In this document: piece after piece, positions 1-10,823 of the stretch
How positions within the stretch are numbered: position 1 is the stretch's first letter
Layout: every line of letters starts with the position of its first letter
Assembly: GCF_006345805.1 (NCBI RefSeq)
Contig: NW_021831698.1
Span: forward strand, 1-34,489
DNA: 34,489 nt
Direction of reading: 5' to 3'
From: Octopus sinensis
Taxonomy: Eukaryota
Position numbers and translations under genes: made by a program
Notes under the pieces: model-generated
The model's input: the letters and a program-made list of their open reading frames with translations, nothing else
The model's database searches: none
Told to the model about the DNA's origin: nothing

Positions 1-23
1 GGTGCCCCGGCATGACCGCAGAC

Positions 24-45
24 TATACATACATACATACATACA

Positions 46-79
<34 letters not shown>

Positions 80-103
80 CATATATATATGTATACATAT
101 ATG

Positions 104-133
<30 letters not shown>
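24..133. repeat. Compound microsatellite (TACA)n-(TA)n-(TG)n
   Basis: Read directly from sequence; explains ORF 2..196. Confidence 0.95.
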
Positions 134-134
<1 letters not shown>

Positions 135-619
135 TTTATATAGTAAACGAAAAAGAATTTTTATTAACAAAAATGAAAGCACCCAAATGTCACTAATGAC
201 AATATATTTAAGTAGGCAAGGACAAAGATATCGAAATATATTTCGGTCAAAAATTTAATAGTGACATGCAGGAGAAGAGTGAAGCTAAATTTTGGTAAGT
301 ATGCTGATAACACAGCCTGTTTAAGACTTAATACGCTTTCGCGGCGAAATCCAGCACGTAATAGCAGATCATGCAACGTCATTGAGAGGATACATTTTAT
401 TTTACAAGGTTACAGTTGACCAAACACTAACATTAATCACTTTTCCTCTCATTATGAGTTTAATTTCAAGTGACTAAAAATACTTATTACGTATATTATC
501 CTGCACTAAAGCATCGTTTTTAGAAGGGAAAATACCAAATTCATTTGTCATTTACAGTTCTGAAGATAATGTACTGCATATACATGCATGAAGATATAAC
601 GCATCATGGCTAATATGTA

Positions 620-1855
620 TCAGGTCATCCCATAAGTTCTGTCCGAATTTTGAATAAAGAAAACAGGTGATCAAATGTTATATTTAATTGAAATTTAATC
701 CTCAATGTACTTTCCCTACTTATCTTTGACTTCCTTCCATCTATTTACAACCTTTTTAATGCCATCAATGTAAAACTCTTCTGGTTTCAAAGCGAAGAAC
801 TCTGAAATGTCAGTTTCAACATCCTCCTGGCTTGCGAAAGTTATGTCCCCCAACTGATTCTGTAAACTACGAAACAAATGCTAACCTGAAGGAGCAAGGT
901 CGGGAGAATAAGGTGGATGAGGAATTTTTCCCAACCAAGTTCTTCGATCTTCTGTGATGTGATCTTTGCTGTGTGGGGTCGCGCATTGTCCTGATGAAAC
1001 ATCACTCCATTTCGATTCACTAAAGTGGGTCTTTTTTATGTCAAAGCTTCGTTCAAACTCTCTAATTGCTGACAGTAGACTTGAGCATTGATTGTTGTAT
1101 TAGATGGTAACAATTCAAAGTGAATTACTCTTTTACAATCCCACTAGATAGAGAGAATAACCTTTTTCGCATGAAGTTCCCTTCTCGGTTGTGGTTTGAG
1201 CTTTTTCCCTTTTACCAAGCCACTGTTTACGACATTTAACATTTCGATAGATCCCTTTTTCTATCCAAAAAGGGTGAAATGAGTTCGCGAAAATGGAGAG
1301 AAGAGCAGATGTGAACTCGGGATTTGCGGTTGCTTTAGGACAATTCATGAGAGAAACATTTTCCAAGTTTAGGAATCTTTCGTTTGAACTAAGCTTTATT
1401 GCCAATTCTTCAACTGATAATACAGGATTTTCTTCAAGTAATGCCTCAAGGAGTTTATCATCAAACTCAACTGGACGTCCTGTTCAATCTTCATCTTCAA
1501 GGCTAAAATCTCCACATCTGAATTTTGCAAACCATCTTCTGCAAGTTCTTTCATTCAAGCATTCTTTCCCCATAAACTCAGTGTATGTTTCGAGTTGCTT
1601 CGGCTGCAGAGTTTCCTTTTTTGTACTCATAAAGCATTATGTGCCTTAAATGCTCTTTGGATACTTCCATGTTAGAAATGGCTTTAATCAATAAAGTTTT
1701 AATTCTATTATTCCGTAAAATGATATTTATTTAGTTTAAATGTACACCGGTGCATAAAAATAATTTTTTATTCTATTAGACATTCTAAAATACTATTAAA
1801 TTTCATTCAATTTTAAAAAAAGCTAAAATCGGACAGAACTTATGGGATGACCTGA
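620..1855 (-). mobile_element. Mariner (Tc1/mariner, DD34D-type) DNA transposon, near full length, defective
   Basis: TCAGGTCATCCCATAAGTTCTGTCCG at 620-645 is the exact reverse complement of 1830-1855; TA on both sides (618-619, 1856-1857); encloses a disrupted transposase. Confidence 0.96.
695..1670 (-). pseudogene. Mariner transposase pseudogene
   Basis: Manual translation across stops and frameshifts: MEVSKEHLRHIMLYEYKKGNSAAEATRNI...RRWFAKFRCGDFSLEDE...GRPVEFDD, PKLGKCFSHELS (WVPHEL-like), FHQDNARPHTA, PHPPYSPDLAPS, ending KYIED-stop at 695-697. The first catalytic Asp (TGD) appears deleted and the third is mutated; several stops. Confidence 0.95.
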
Positions 1856-2094
1856 TATTATACCGCCTTATATGAATTTAATATTTTCAATTGCATATAT
1901 ACTATTTGTAACAATATACTATTATAATACTATCTACTGTCTGTAATCTTATATCTAGTGTTCCGAGGATGTATCGTAAAAGCTGTAATGATTTCATTAT
2001 ATCTTCGTAATATTCTGTAGTAACTTATTGAATATATTCATAAACATACGATTGTTTGCCCTTTTCTCTTTCCCGCTTCCTCTGTATTTCGCTC

Positions 2095-2274
2095 CCCCCT
2101 CTCTCTCTTTATCTATCTATCTATCTGTATGTATATATATATATATATACATACATAAATACATATCTTTATATATGTACCCAGGTATGCATACACACAT
2201 ACATACGTGAATACATATACGTCCAAACACACATACGTACATACCAGTATAGACATACATATATATATATATAT

Positions 2275-2318
<44 letters not shown>

Positions 2319-2319
2319 G

Positions 2320-2384
<65 letters not shown>

Positions 2385-2385
2385 C
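2095..2385. repeat. Compound microsatellite (CT)/(CTAT)/(TA)/(TACA) followed by long (GATA)n
   Basis: Direct reading; (AGAT)n from about 2275 to 2385. Confidence 0.95.
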
Positions 2386-2534
2386 GTTGCAAAGAATGCT
2401 AGTTAGCTAATCATTACATGAATATTCAACCTCTTAATGTTTTAAGGTATCATTAATCATTAAAACTGCTTCAGGCAAAAATCATGTCTTTCTTCACTTG
2501 TATTTTGTCATTGTTCAGTAGCCAGGTTAATTCT

Positions 2535-2865
2535 TCCTCTCTCTCTCCTCTCTCGTCTCTCTCTCTCTCTCCTCTCCTCTCTCTCTCTTCTCTCTCTCTC
2601 TCTCTCTCTTCTCATTCACTCATATGCATTCTCTCTCACTCTCGTTCTTTTACTCTCTATCTCTCTCTCTCTCTCTCCTCTCTCTGCTCACTTGTGTTAT
2701 ATGATAAGGTATATGTGCACACAGATACAGACACATACGTAAATGCATACATACATACATACATACATACATACATACATACATACATACATACATACAT
2801 ACAAGCATGCATACATACATACATACATACATACATACATACATACATACATACATACATACATA
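2535..2865. repeat. (CT)n-rich tract followed by (TACA)n arrays
   Basis: Direct reading. Confidence 0.95.
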
Positions 2866-3029
2866 GTAATAAGTTAGAACGATCCATAGAATTCGATGTA
2901 TGAAGTTTGTTAACTTCAAGCATGCATACAGCTAGTAAAGATGAGTAATTGTGGAGAATATGTAATAAAAAGAGTTTGTTAATCATCGTAAGTTACATAC
3001 AACTTTCCATATTGAAATCAAAGGAAAAT

Positions 3030-3440
3030 ACATACACACACACACACACACACACTATATATATATATATATATATATAAATATATATTAGCCATTCCGA
3101 TAATAAATAAATAAGGTATTTCACTATGCATTGCATCTATACCAGAAACAGCTGTTACGTAATGAAGTTCCTAAGATGATCATTTATTCCTTTGTCACCT
3201 CAGTTTCCTTCGTGTATTTGTGTATGAGTGTGTGTGTGTGTGCGCGCGCGTGTGTGTGTCTGTGTGTGTGTGTGAGCGCGAGCGCTTTCGTACGTGTGTG
3301 CGTTTGTGTGTATATTTTTGTGTGTGTTGTGTTTGCGTGTATTGTGTGTGTGTTTGTGTGTGTATGTGCGCGCTTGCATGCGCTTGCATGTTTATTTCTC
3401 TCGTTTTTCTTTGTAACTACGTTTCTCTCTGACTTTTCCT

Positions 3441-3473
<33 letters not shown>

Positions 3474-3475
3474 AG
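3030..3475. repeat. (CA)n/(TA)n, degenerate (TG)n and (CT)n microsatellites
   Basis: Direct reading, with short unique spacers between the tracts. Confidence 0.9.
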
Positions 3476-3669
3476 TTTTTACCTCTCCTCTTTCTTTCTC
3501 TGTTTCTCTTTCCTCTCTTCAAATAAGTTTATAAAATTCAGAAAATTACAAGGATATAAAATCCCGTTGCCCTTCATATTCTCTTCTTTTCCTTGTTTCT
3601 CTTCATCTCTACCACGCTCTCTTACACATCCAGCCACCTAAACGCCAATGAGCATCGACGGAAGCTTCT

Positions 3670-4125
3670 TGGTGTTCCTCATCTGCTAGAAATAGCAACT
3701 ATATCTACCTCCAATTACACCCTAAAAACGGAAGTTTATATCGATAAATACAATATGTGTGAAGGCCTAGTGGTTAGAGCAGCGGACTCGCGGTCGAGGG
3801 ATCGCGGGTTCGAATCCCAGACCGGGTGATGTGTGTGTTGATGACCGAAACACCTAAGCTCCACGCGATCTTCTGCTGACTTTTTCGCCACAACTTTCTC
3901 TCCTCCTGCATCTAGCAGCTCATCTGAGACGGACCGACGTCCCATCCAGGTGGGGAACCTATACGCCAATGATACCGGGAAACCAACTCATATGAGCCAA
4001 GCATGGCTTGAGAAGGAACAAACAACAACAAAACAACAAATACAATGTGTATGTTGTCAGAGGCTGCAATGCCTTTCATTACAAGTCTGATTAATCAGAT
4101 CTAACTCAAGACAAAGCAACAACAA
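3670..4125 (+). mobile_element. Old interspersed repeat family D, split by the family C SINE insertion
   Basis: ctgctagaaatagcaac...acaccct (about 3685-3725) and gcaatgcctttcattac...aagcaacaac (about 4065-4122) match the 5' and 3' halves of the copies at 6955-7152, 25155-25335 and 30455-30660. Confidence 0.55.
3761..4037 (+). mobile_element. tRNA-derived SINE, family C
   Basis: Pol III A-box-like TAGTGGTTAGA and B-box GGTTCGAATCC; (AAC)n tail; flanking duplication aaatacaatatgtgt (3746-3760) / aaatacaatgtgt (4038-4050); reverse-strand homologues at 27878-28170 and 18795-18996. Confidence 0.9.
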
Positions 4126-4170
4126 TCATTATCATTATCTGTAACCATCAACAACAACTATATATTAGCA

Positions 4171-4695
4171 ACAGAAGCAGTATTAATATCAAGAGGTAAT
4201 ATTTATCTCCACTAAAACGTGGGAATAAACGTTCTATTAGAACGATCTTTATTAGAACAAATTGTAAAGCTTGTTCTAATAGAACATCCATGTTTAATTG
4301 GGGATAAATATTACGTTTCAGTATTAATACTGCCTCTGTCTCCAGTATATATATAATATTAGCAAGCTAGCTGGCTAATTGCGATACCAGCGCCTGTCCT
4401 GGCACTGTCAATTTATATATCGCTGGCTGGCAAGTGAAACGCTCTTTTCTCTAGCGGTCGCGTGTCTATCATTGACAAGACCAAACAAGGTCGAAATCAC
4501 GTAATCTCAGCGCTGGAGATAGTGCCGATGGTTTCAGCGCTAGAGGTAGCGAGAATTCATCTCCCCGCTAGCGATATAAGAGTGCATTTTGCAGCTAAAA
4601 GCCAATATGAGAGTTTCTCTCGTGGTAACTACCGCAGTATAGTTTGTTCTAAAAGAACATCCACGTTTAAGTAGGGATAAATATTGCCTATCAAC
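4171..4695. mobile_element. Foldback / MITE-like non-autonomous element, superfamily unassigned
   Basis: Left arm 4194-4243 is inverted relative to both 4271-4314 and 4644-4689; atcaag/atcaac flank 4194-4689; no coding capacity seen. Confidence 0.55.
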
Positions 4696-4699
4696 AACA

Positions 4700-5030
4700 A
4701 CCTCCCGAACAGCACACCACTCACACATACATACCTATTGCTGCACCATATCACTAATTACCCTAATCAGAAACAACAGTAGTGTTGCTTCTACCAGCAC
4801 CAACATCTCGTCTTATACCATCCTTTTTGTCACACTACTATTAATACTAATACCACCCCTGCAAGTGTTCCATTACCATCCACCACACAACCTTGAACCA
4901 CAAATGCTAATAACTCCATCATCATATCACCACCACCTCCACCGCCTCTATTTCAATAACCACTACTACCACCATTATTTCCATAACTATCAGCCACGCC
5001 ACGATTTCCATAACCACCACCTCCATCATA
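4700..5030. repeat. Degenerate (CAC/CAT/TAC)n low-complexity tract
   Basis: Direct reading; explains the His-rich ORF 4865..5104. Confidence 0.8.
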
Positions 5031-5581
5031 TATGTTTCTATTCAAATAAATCGACAAATATTTCCATTAATGCATATTTTAGTTCAATCTTGTACCGTCA
5101 CTAGATCTCTGTTTTATCATTGGACATAAATTAGCTGCTAATGGAAGGAAATATTGTTGAGTAATGGAAACACGTTATACGATGGTTAATCAAATTGATG
5201 CAAGGATAAAAGAGCCGGAAAAGGTGGAAGAAATGTAGAGCGTAGAATATTTATCAATGTCTAAAGCAGACATATTCAACTGCTGCGCCATGGCACACTT
5301 TTATGTCTCATACAGTTGGTAAATGTGCCACGAGATTTTTGAAGCGAATCGGAAAAGGTCATGTGTCTTAGAAAACCTAAGAGTTTTAATGACTGGCACC
5401 ATTGCTTGTGTATTTCTTTGTAGGAAAGCGTGTAATGTTTAAAGTGAAGGCAACTAACTATTTTTTTTTAAAATAATTTCAATACTTTCTTTTAAATATA
5501 AAAGTTTTTCAAAGACGATAATGACACTCTTTGAAAATCACTTCTTTCAAGAATATATGTATAGGTATATTTTTTAATTAA

Positions 5582-5856
5582 TTTTTTTTTTTGGCTCAAA
5601 AAGCAAAAGCAAGGCCATGTAGGGGAGTTATGTACAGGGAGGCTGTTCATTCACAGAGTTCAGGCCATTTCTGGTCAAGAGAGACTTTGAACCGAGCGGT
5701 CGTCGGCATCTTCACTATCTCGTCCGGCAGCTTATTCCACGGATCCGCAACCCGGACGGAGAAAGCCCTTCTCCTTCGATTGAGATGAAATCGTCGTAGA
5801 TAGAGCTTTTCGGAATGACCCCGCAGCCCACGTTCTGGTGCAGGAGTGAAGAAGTA
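5582..5856 (-). mobile_element. CR1-clade LINE 3' end, 5'-truncated
   Basis: Minus translation YFFTPAPERGLRGHSEKLYLRRFHLNRRRRAFSVRVADPWNKLPDEIVKMPTTARFKVSLDQKWPELCE-stop (5647-5649) matches the CR1 ORF2 C-terminal pattern RGH..KL...F..RV...WN.LP; short 3' UTR and A11 tail (T run 5582-5592). Confidence 0.9.
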
Positions 5857-6078
5857 TAAGTATACTTTTGTGTAGTTGTTGCTTTAGCATAGCTAGGAAA
5901 GAAAAAAAGCAGGATTTGTAGGTTGATCCTCAGAGCAGATATTTGGCCCCCAACATGGTATCCCCCTCTAAAGACAGTAAATTAGTAACGTTAAACCGAG
6001 TAACAAATTAAGTCGGTTTATTATTAACATTAAACTTACTTTCCCCTCACCCATCCTGTGATGAATTTGTGAATAAAA

Positions 6079-6430
6079 CTATCTATGTATCTATCTATCC
6101 GCTCAGTCGAAGTCGACTCTCGGTTACTCGATGGATCAGTGTCCTCCAGTCAATTCTATCCTGGGCCGCTTCTTTCAGATTGGCTATGTCCATTCCGGTA
6201 TCATTCTTGATGGTGTCATGCCAGCGGGTTCTTGGTCAGCCTCTTCCTCTCTTGCCACTGACCATTCTGAGCATGATGTCCTTCTCCAGGGATTTTCTCC
6301 GCATAATATGACCAAAATATGCCAATCTATGCTTGGTGATCCTACCTTCTAGCGACATATTCGGCCTGATCTGCTTAAGAACTTCTCCATTGGTGAGCCT
6401 CGCTGTCCATGTTTCAGTAATACGCCGATT
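6079..6430 (-). mobile_element. RTE-clade (BovB-like) LINE 3' end, 5'-truncated
   Basis: Minus translation WTARLTNGEVLKQI...LAYFGHIMRRKSLEKDIMLRMVSGKRGRG*PRTRWHDTIKND...WRTLIHRVTESRLRLSG-stop (6095-6097) is typical of the RTE C-terminus; followed directly by a short (GATA)n tail. Confidence 0.92.
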
Positions 6431-6954
6431 TATACTATGGCGAATAAATTCATATATAAAAGAAGAGTTCAATCGTTAGGTCTCATGGAAAGAAACAATG
6501 ATTATTTATTCTTTCGGTGTCAACAAAAATTGTACCGAGCCAGGAACGTAGCTTGGCGGAACTTGTGAAAACTTTTTCCGGTCGTTGTGTTCTGAGTTCA
6601 AATCCTGCCATTACCTGCTCGGGTAATAGCTTTAATCAATTGCTTGTCTAATACCACCACCAGGTACTTTGAGTGTTTTTATCAGAGTCCACTCTGTTGC
6701 AATCATTTGGACCTAGTTTCCGGTTTGAGGATAGCTTCTTCTCTATCTCCCTCCCTCTCAACAATCCCAGAAGCTTTGTAAAAAGTCATGAGTACTGCAC
6801 TGCCTTCCCTCCCGAATAAAAGACAAAGAATGTACATCAGAAAATTGGCAAGATCTATAGAACAAAAAGCAAAATCCTAGCAACCTTAAATCCTTCGCAT
6901 CAATCAGCAGCCTCAATGCTCATAGTGGCCCTGAACCAACAAAAGATCCTCTAA

Positions 6955-7152
6955 GAAGTCAGTTGACCTGCAGAAAATAGCCACTGAATCACTCTCAAGT
7001 CACACCTTTCAGACTTTAAGGTTGGGGAGGATACATTGGGTAACGGAATTCTACGTACACTAAGCTAGGGAAGAAAAGCAAGATTGTCATGAGTGGAACA
7101 CTTTTGATAACAAAAACGCTCGATGATGCCTGACCAGGGGCCAAACAACAAT
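6955..7152 (+). mobile_element. Old interspersed repeat family D
   Basis: Colinear similarity to 25155-25335 (gac.tgca.gaaa...ggata.attgg.taa...gattgtcat..tggaa..ctttt...ctaaacaacaa). Confidence 0.6.
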
Positions 7153-7382
7153 TGCATCGAAACCAGTGCCATCATCCCTGTCTGAACAACACTGTAATAA
7201 CTATCAAAGTTTCATTCTCTGGTTGAATACTTTTCACTTTATTTATGTCTTCGGAAAAGGCATGAACGTCACATACTCACGCTTTTCATATTTCTCTCAA
7301 ATATTTAGACATTTATGTGTGCATGCACGTATGTGTGTATATGTGTATATATATATGAGTGTATGTGTAGGTACTCAAGTAT

Positions 7383-7561
7383 TCTTTTATTCTTTTATTT
7401 GCTTCAGTCATTTGACTGTGGCCAGGCTGGAGCGCCGCCTTTAGGCCAACAAAGCCTAGTCCTTATTCTATCGGTCTTTTGCCGAACTGCTAAGTTACGG
7501 GGACGTAAACACACCAACATCAGTTGCCAAGCGATGGTGGTGAGACAAAGACAGACACACA

Positions 7562-7600
<39 letters not shown>

Positions 7601-7709
7601 CACGACGTGCTTCTTTCAGTTTCCGTCTACCAGATCTACTCACAAGGCTTTCGTCAGAACCATGTGGTTTTAAGTAAGCTACTTACCACACACCCATTAC
7701 TGCGCCTAT
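7383..7709 (-). mobile_element. tRNA-derived SINE family B with internal microsatellite; CORE-like segment deleted in this copy
   Basis: Same sequence as 14449-14852 and 22466-22873; head ...gtgtggtaagtagctt..., central (TA)n, 3' end gactgaagcaaataaaag. Confidence 0.88.
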
Positions 7710-7794
7710 CATTCTGATTTTAAAAGAGTGCGATTTAGTTATTGCATAACTAGGTAATTAGAGAAGAAGGTAGCTAGAGATTGAGTGAGCAAGC

Positions 7795-7819
7795 GAAAGA
7801 AAGAATGAAAAAGGAAGGA

Positions 7820-7875
<56 letters not shown>

Positions 7876-7894
7876 AAAGAAAGGAAGAAAGAAA

Positions 7895-7947
<53 letters not shown>

Positions 7948-7990
7948 CAGGAAGAAAGAAAGACAGGAAGAAAGGAAGAAAGAAATTGAG
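7795..7990. repeat. (AAAG)n purine tract
   Basis: Direct reading. Confidence 0.95.
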
Positions 7991-8509
7991 AAAGAAACAA
8001 AACAACAAGCAAGAGGTGATTGGAAAGAGATAGAGGCGTATAGTTAGTTATGAAGAAAACGCTGCTCCTTTCGCCATGTTGACTGATTAATCATAAACAA
8101 TTGTTTGAGTCTAACATCACAGCGGCTGTGTATAATTCCTATTTGGTGAATAAACCTAGATGACAGCAACGACAGAAATAACAAAGAGTTATTTTAACAA
8201 ATCATTGCAGAAATTGCAACGAAGAAGGAGAAGAAGAAAGAATAATAAGAAACAAGAAGAATACGAAGAAAAGAAAAACAGTATAAAAACGAATAAAAGT
8301 ATGGACTTTGTTTTCTTTTGTTTTATAGTTTGTTCTGTGTTTAAGCAAGACAAAGGATTGATGTAGGGTGGAGAAATGGAATGGCGTGTAGTATTAAAGA
8401 ATTTTCTTCTCAGAATAGCTATGCTCTGACGATCTTTAGCAAACTGGCCATAAAATTTTCTTCCTCGTTTTCTTTTTCCCTTTTCTTCATTTTTCTTTCA
8501 TTTTGGTTT

Positions 8510-8565
8510 GTCCTTTTGCTTTTGTTTTTGTTTTTGTTTTTGTTTTTGTTTTTGTTTTGTTTTAT
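8510..8565. repeat. (TTTTTG)n hexamer repeat
   Basis: Direct reading. Confidence 0.9.
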
Positions 8566-8759
8566 CCTTCTATGTAGAGTTATTGGTGTTATACGTTCGC
8601 GGAACATTCTTTCGACGGTTCTTGGCAAATGAAGAATGGACAGTGGAGTCTAATACACGACTGCTTTTGCCATGTGGAATATCGCTGCCAGCGATGCATG
8701 GTGTCGGTATCCTCCCACCCACCTCCACCCACTACCAAGCCTTTGTTACGATGGCGTTT

Positions 8760-8896
8760 CCTCATCATCATAGTCATCAATCCCCTGTCGACATCATCAT
8801 CATCATTATCATCATCATTACCACCACCACCACTACCGTGATCATCACCACCACCACCACCATCGCAATCATCATTATTCAATTCATCATCATCAT

Positions 8897-8933
<37 letters not shown>

Positions 8934-9621
8934 GTTGTCGTCGTCGTCGTCGTCATCGTCATTATCATCGTCATCAGAAGCATTATTTACAAGCGTCAAC
9001 ATCATTATTATCGTCATCATTGTCCGCCATCGTCATTCATCATCGTCGTCGTTGTCGCCATCATCGTCATCGTTATCGTCGTCATCACTAACACTGTACG
9101 CGATCATCATTTATCATCGTCACCATATTCATTATTATCATTGTCATCATCATCGTCATCATCATCGTCGCCGTCGACATTAGCATTATCATCATCATCA
9201 CGATCATAATGATTATTACCACCAATATGATAGCGATGATCATTAAGATATTTATCATCATCATTAGCATGATTTTTATCGTTGTCATCATCATCATCAA
9301 CATCCTCATTATCGTCATCACTACCATGATTTTTATCACTGTCATCTTCATTATCTTATTGTAATCGTTGTCGATGTAGCCATCATCATCATCATCATCA
9401 TCATTTTCATCGTGGTCATCACGTCATCATCATCAACTTCACCATCAACGTCATCATCGTCGCCATCCTCATCATCATCATCATCACATCATCATCATCA
9501 TCATCATCATCATTACCACCACCACCACCATCATTAGCAACATCACCACAATCTTCATCAACGAGTGACAAGATTATTAGTTATTTTTATATATTATTAT
9601 ATTATACTTGTATTTTTATTT

Positions 9622-9677
<56 letters not shown>

Positions 9678-9712
9678 CATTATTTATCATCATTATCATC
9701 ATGATCATTAGT
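8760..9712. repeat. Long degenerate (CAT/CAC/CGT)n array ending in (ATT)n
   Basis: Direct reading; source of the poly-I/S/D/H pseudo-ORFs. Confidence 0.92.
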
Positions 9713-10294
9713 TTTTTTTTTAAAAACGGGAAGATATTAATATAAATATATAAATACATAAATATAAAAATTAGCACAACATTTTTGGGGGTTTTTTTAA
9801 ACAAGAAAATGTATTTTTCTTTATAAATTAATAAATCCAAACATTCCTCACTCCTTCTCTCCTTTATCTTCCGCCCGACCCCCTCTACTCACACACACAT
9901 ACACACACACACTGTTGGCCATTATGTGTGAATTCTTGGAATTTATGCTGTATCCAAGAGATAGAAGAAAACATTGTGAGAGTTGCATAGATCCAGAGAG
10001 TTGAGTGGTGACGATGAGTAGGAGTTGGAGAAAGCGGGTGGAGGAGGAACGGAGAGAAAAAGTCGTTAAAATTTCAATTAAAGATTTAAATTACATTATA
10101 TTTTCAACATTGCTGCTTGAACCGTTACTCTTCTGTTAAATCCGGGGGTTGTTTGCACCCTCACAGATCAACCTTGACCTATTGTCGGCGAACGGAGGAA
10201 GATTCAGCCGATCGACGTCAGTGACTTTGACAAATATTACGCTGCTTTTGAAGCGCATGGAAACGACAACAAAACCTAACAGCAGTAAGAAGGA

Positions 10295-10334
10295 TATGAT
10301 GATGATGATGACCATGATGATGATGATGATGATG

Positions 10335-10380
<46 letters not shown>

Positions 10381-10391
10381 TGATGATGATA

Positions 10392-10436
<45 letters not shown>

Positions 10437-10449
10437 TGATGATGATGAT

Positions 10450-10481
<32 letters not shown>

Positions 10482-10542
10482 AATGATGATGATAATAATA
10501 ATAATAATAATAATAACAACAACAACAACAATAATAATAATG

Positions 10543-10604
<62 letters not shown>

Positions 10605-10610
10605 GTAATA
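10295..10610. repeat. Alternating (GAT)n/(AAT)n/(AAC)n triplet array
   Basis: Direct reading. Confidence 0.95.
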
Positions 10611-10680
10611 ATTGATGGACTGCATTTTTCTCGACGTCACCAGAAAGCTGTTTTATTAAATTCCTTTTCGTTTTCGTACA

Positions 10681-10695
10681 TGTGTGTGCGCGCGT

Positions 10696-10744
<49 letters not shown>

Positions 10745-10752
10745 TGTGTGTG

Positions 10753-10817
<65 letters not shown>
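10681..10817. repeat. (TG)n microsatellite
   Basis: Direct reading. Confidence 0.95.

Positions 10818-10823
<6 letters not shown>

Noticed and set aside
216-294. Plus-strand exon ending at a perfect GTAAGT donor
   Set aside because: The frame is open but the acceptor has no pyrimidine tract and the peptide is unrecognisable.
1133-1649. ORFs 1133..1405 (-) and 1293..1649 (+) as genes
   Set aside because: They are a frameshifted piece and the antisense shadow of the mariner transposase pseudogene.
3761-3830. tRNA gene (also 18920-18996, 28095-28170, 17219-17290)
   Set aside because: A and B boxes are present but there is no complete cloverleaf or acceptor stem, and each continues into a shared SINE body and tail.
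5275-5345. hAT-like subterminal motif (tgcgccatggcacac...tgtgccacgag)
   Set aside because: Too short and no paired terminus found.
5559-5870. TSD for the CR1 fragment (tataggtatattt / tataagtatactt)
   Set aside because: Mismatched, AT-rich and not flush with the poly-A tail.
5978-6042. Imperfect hairpin (taaaccga/tcggttta) as a Helitron end or ncRNA
   Set aside because: Only an 8-bp AT-rich stem and no downstream CTRR terminus.
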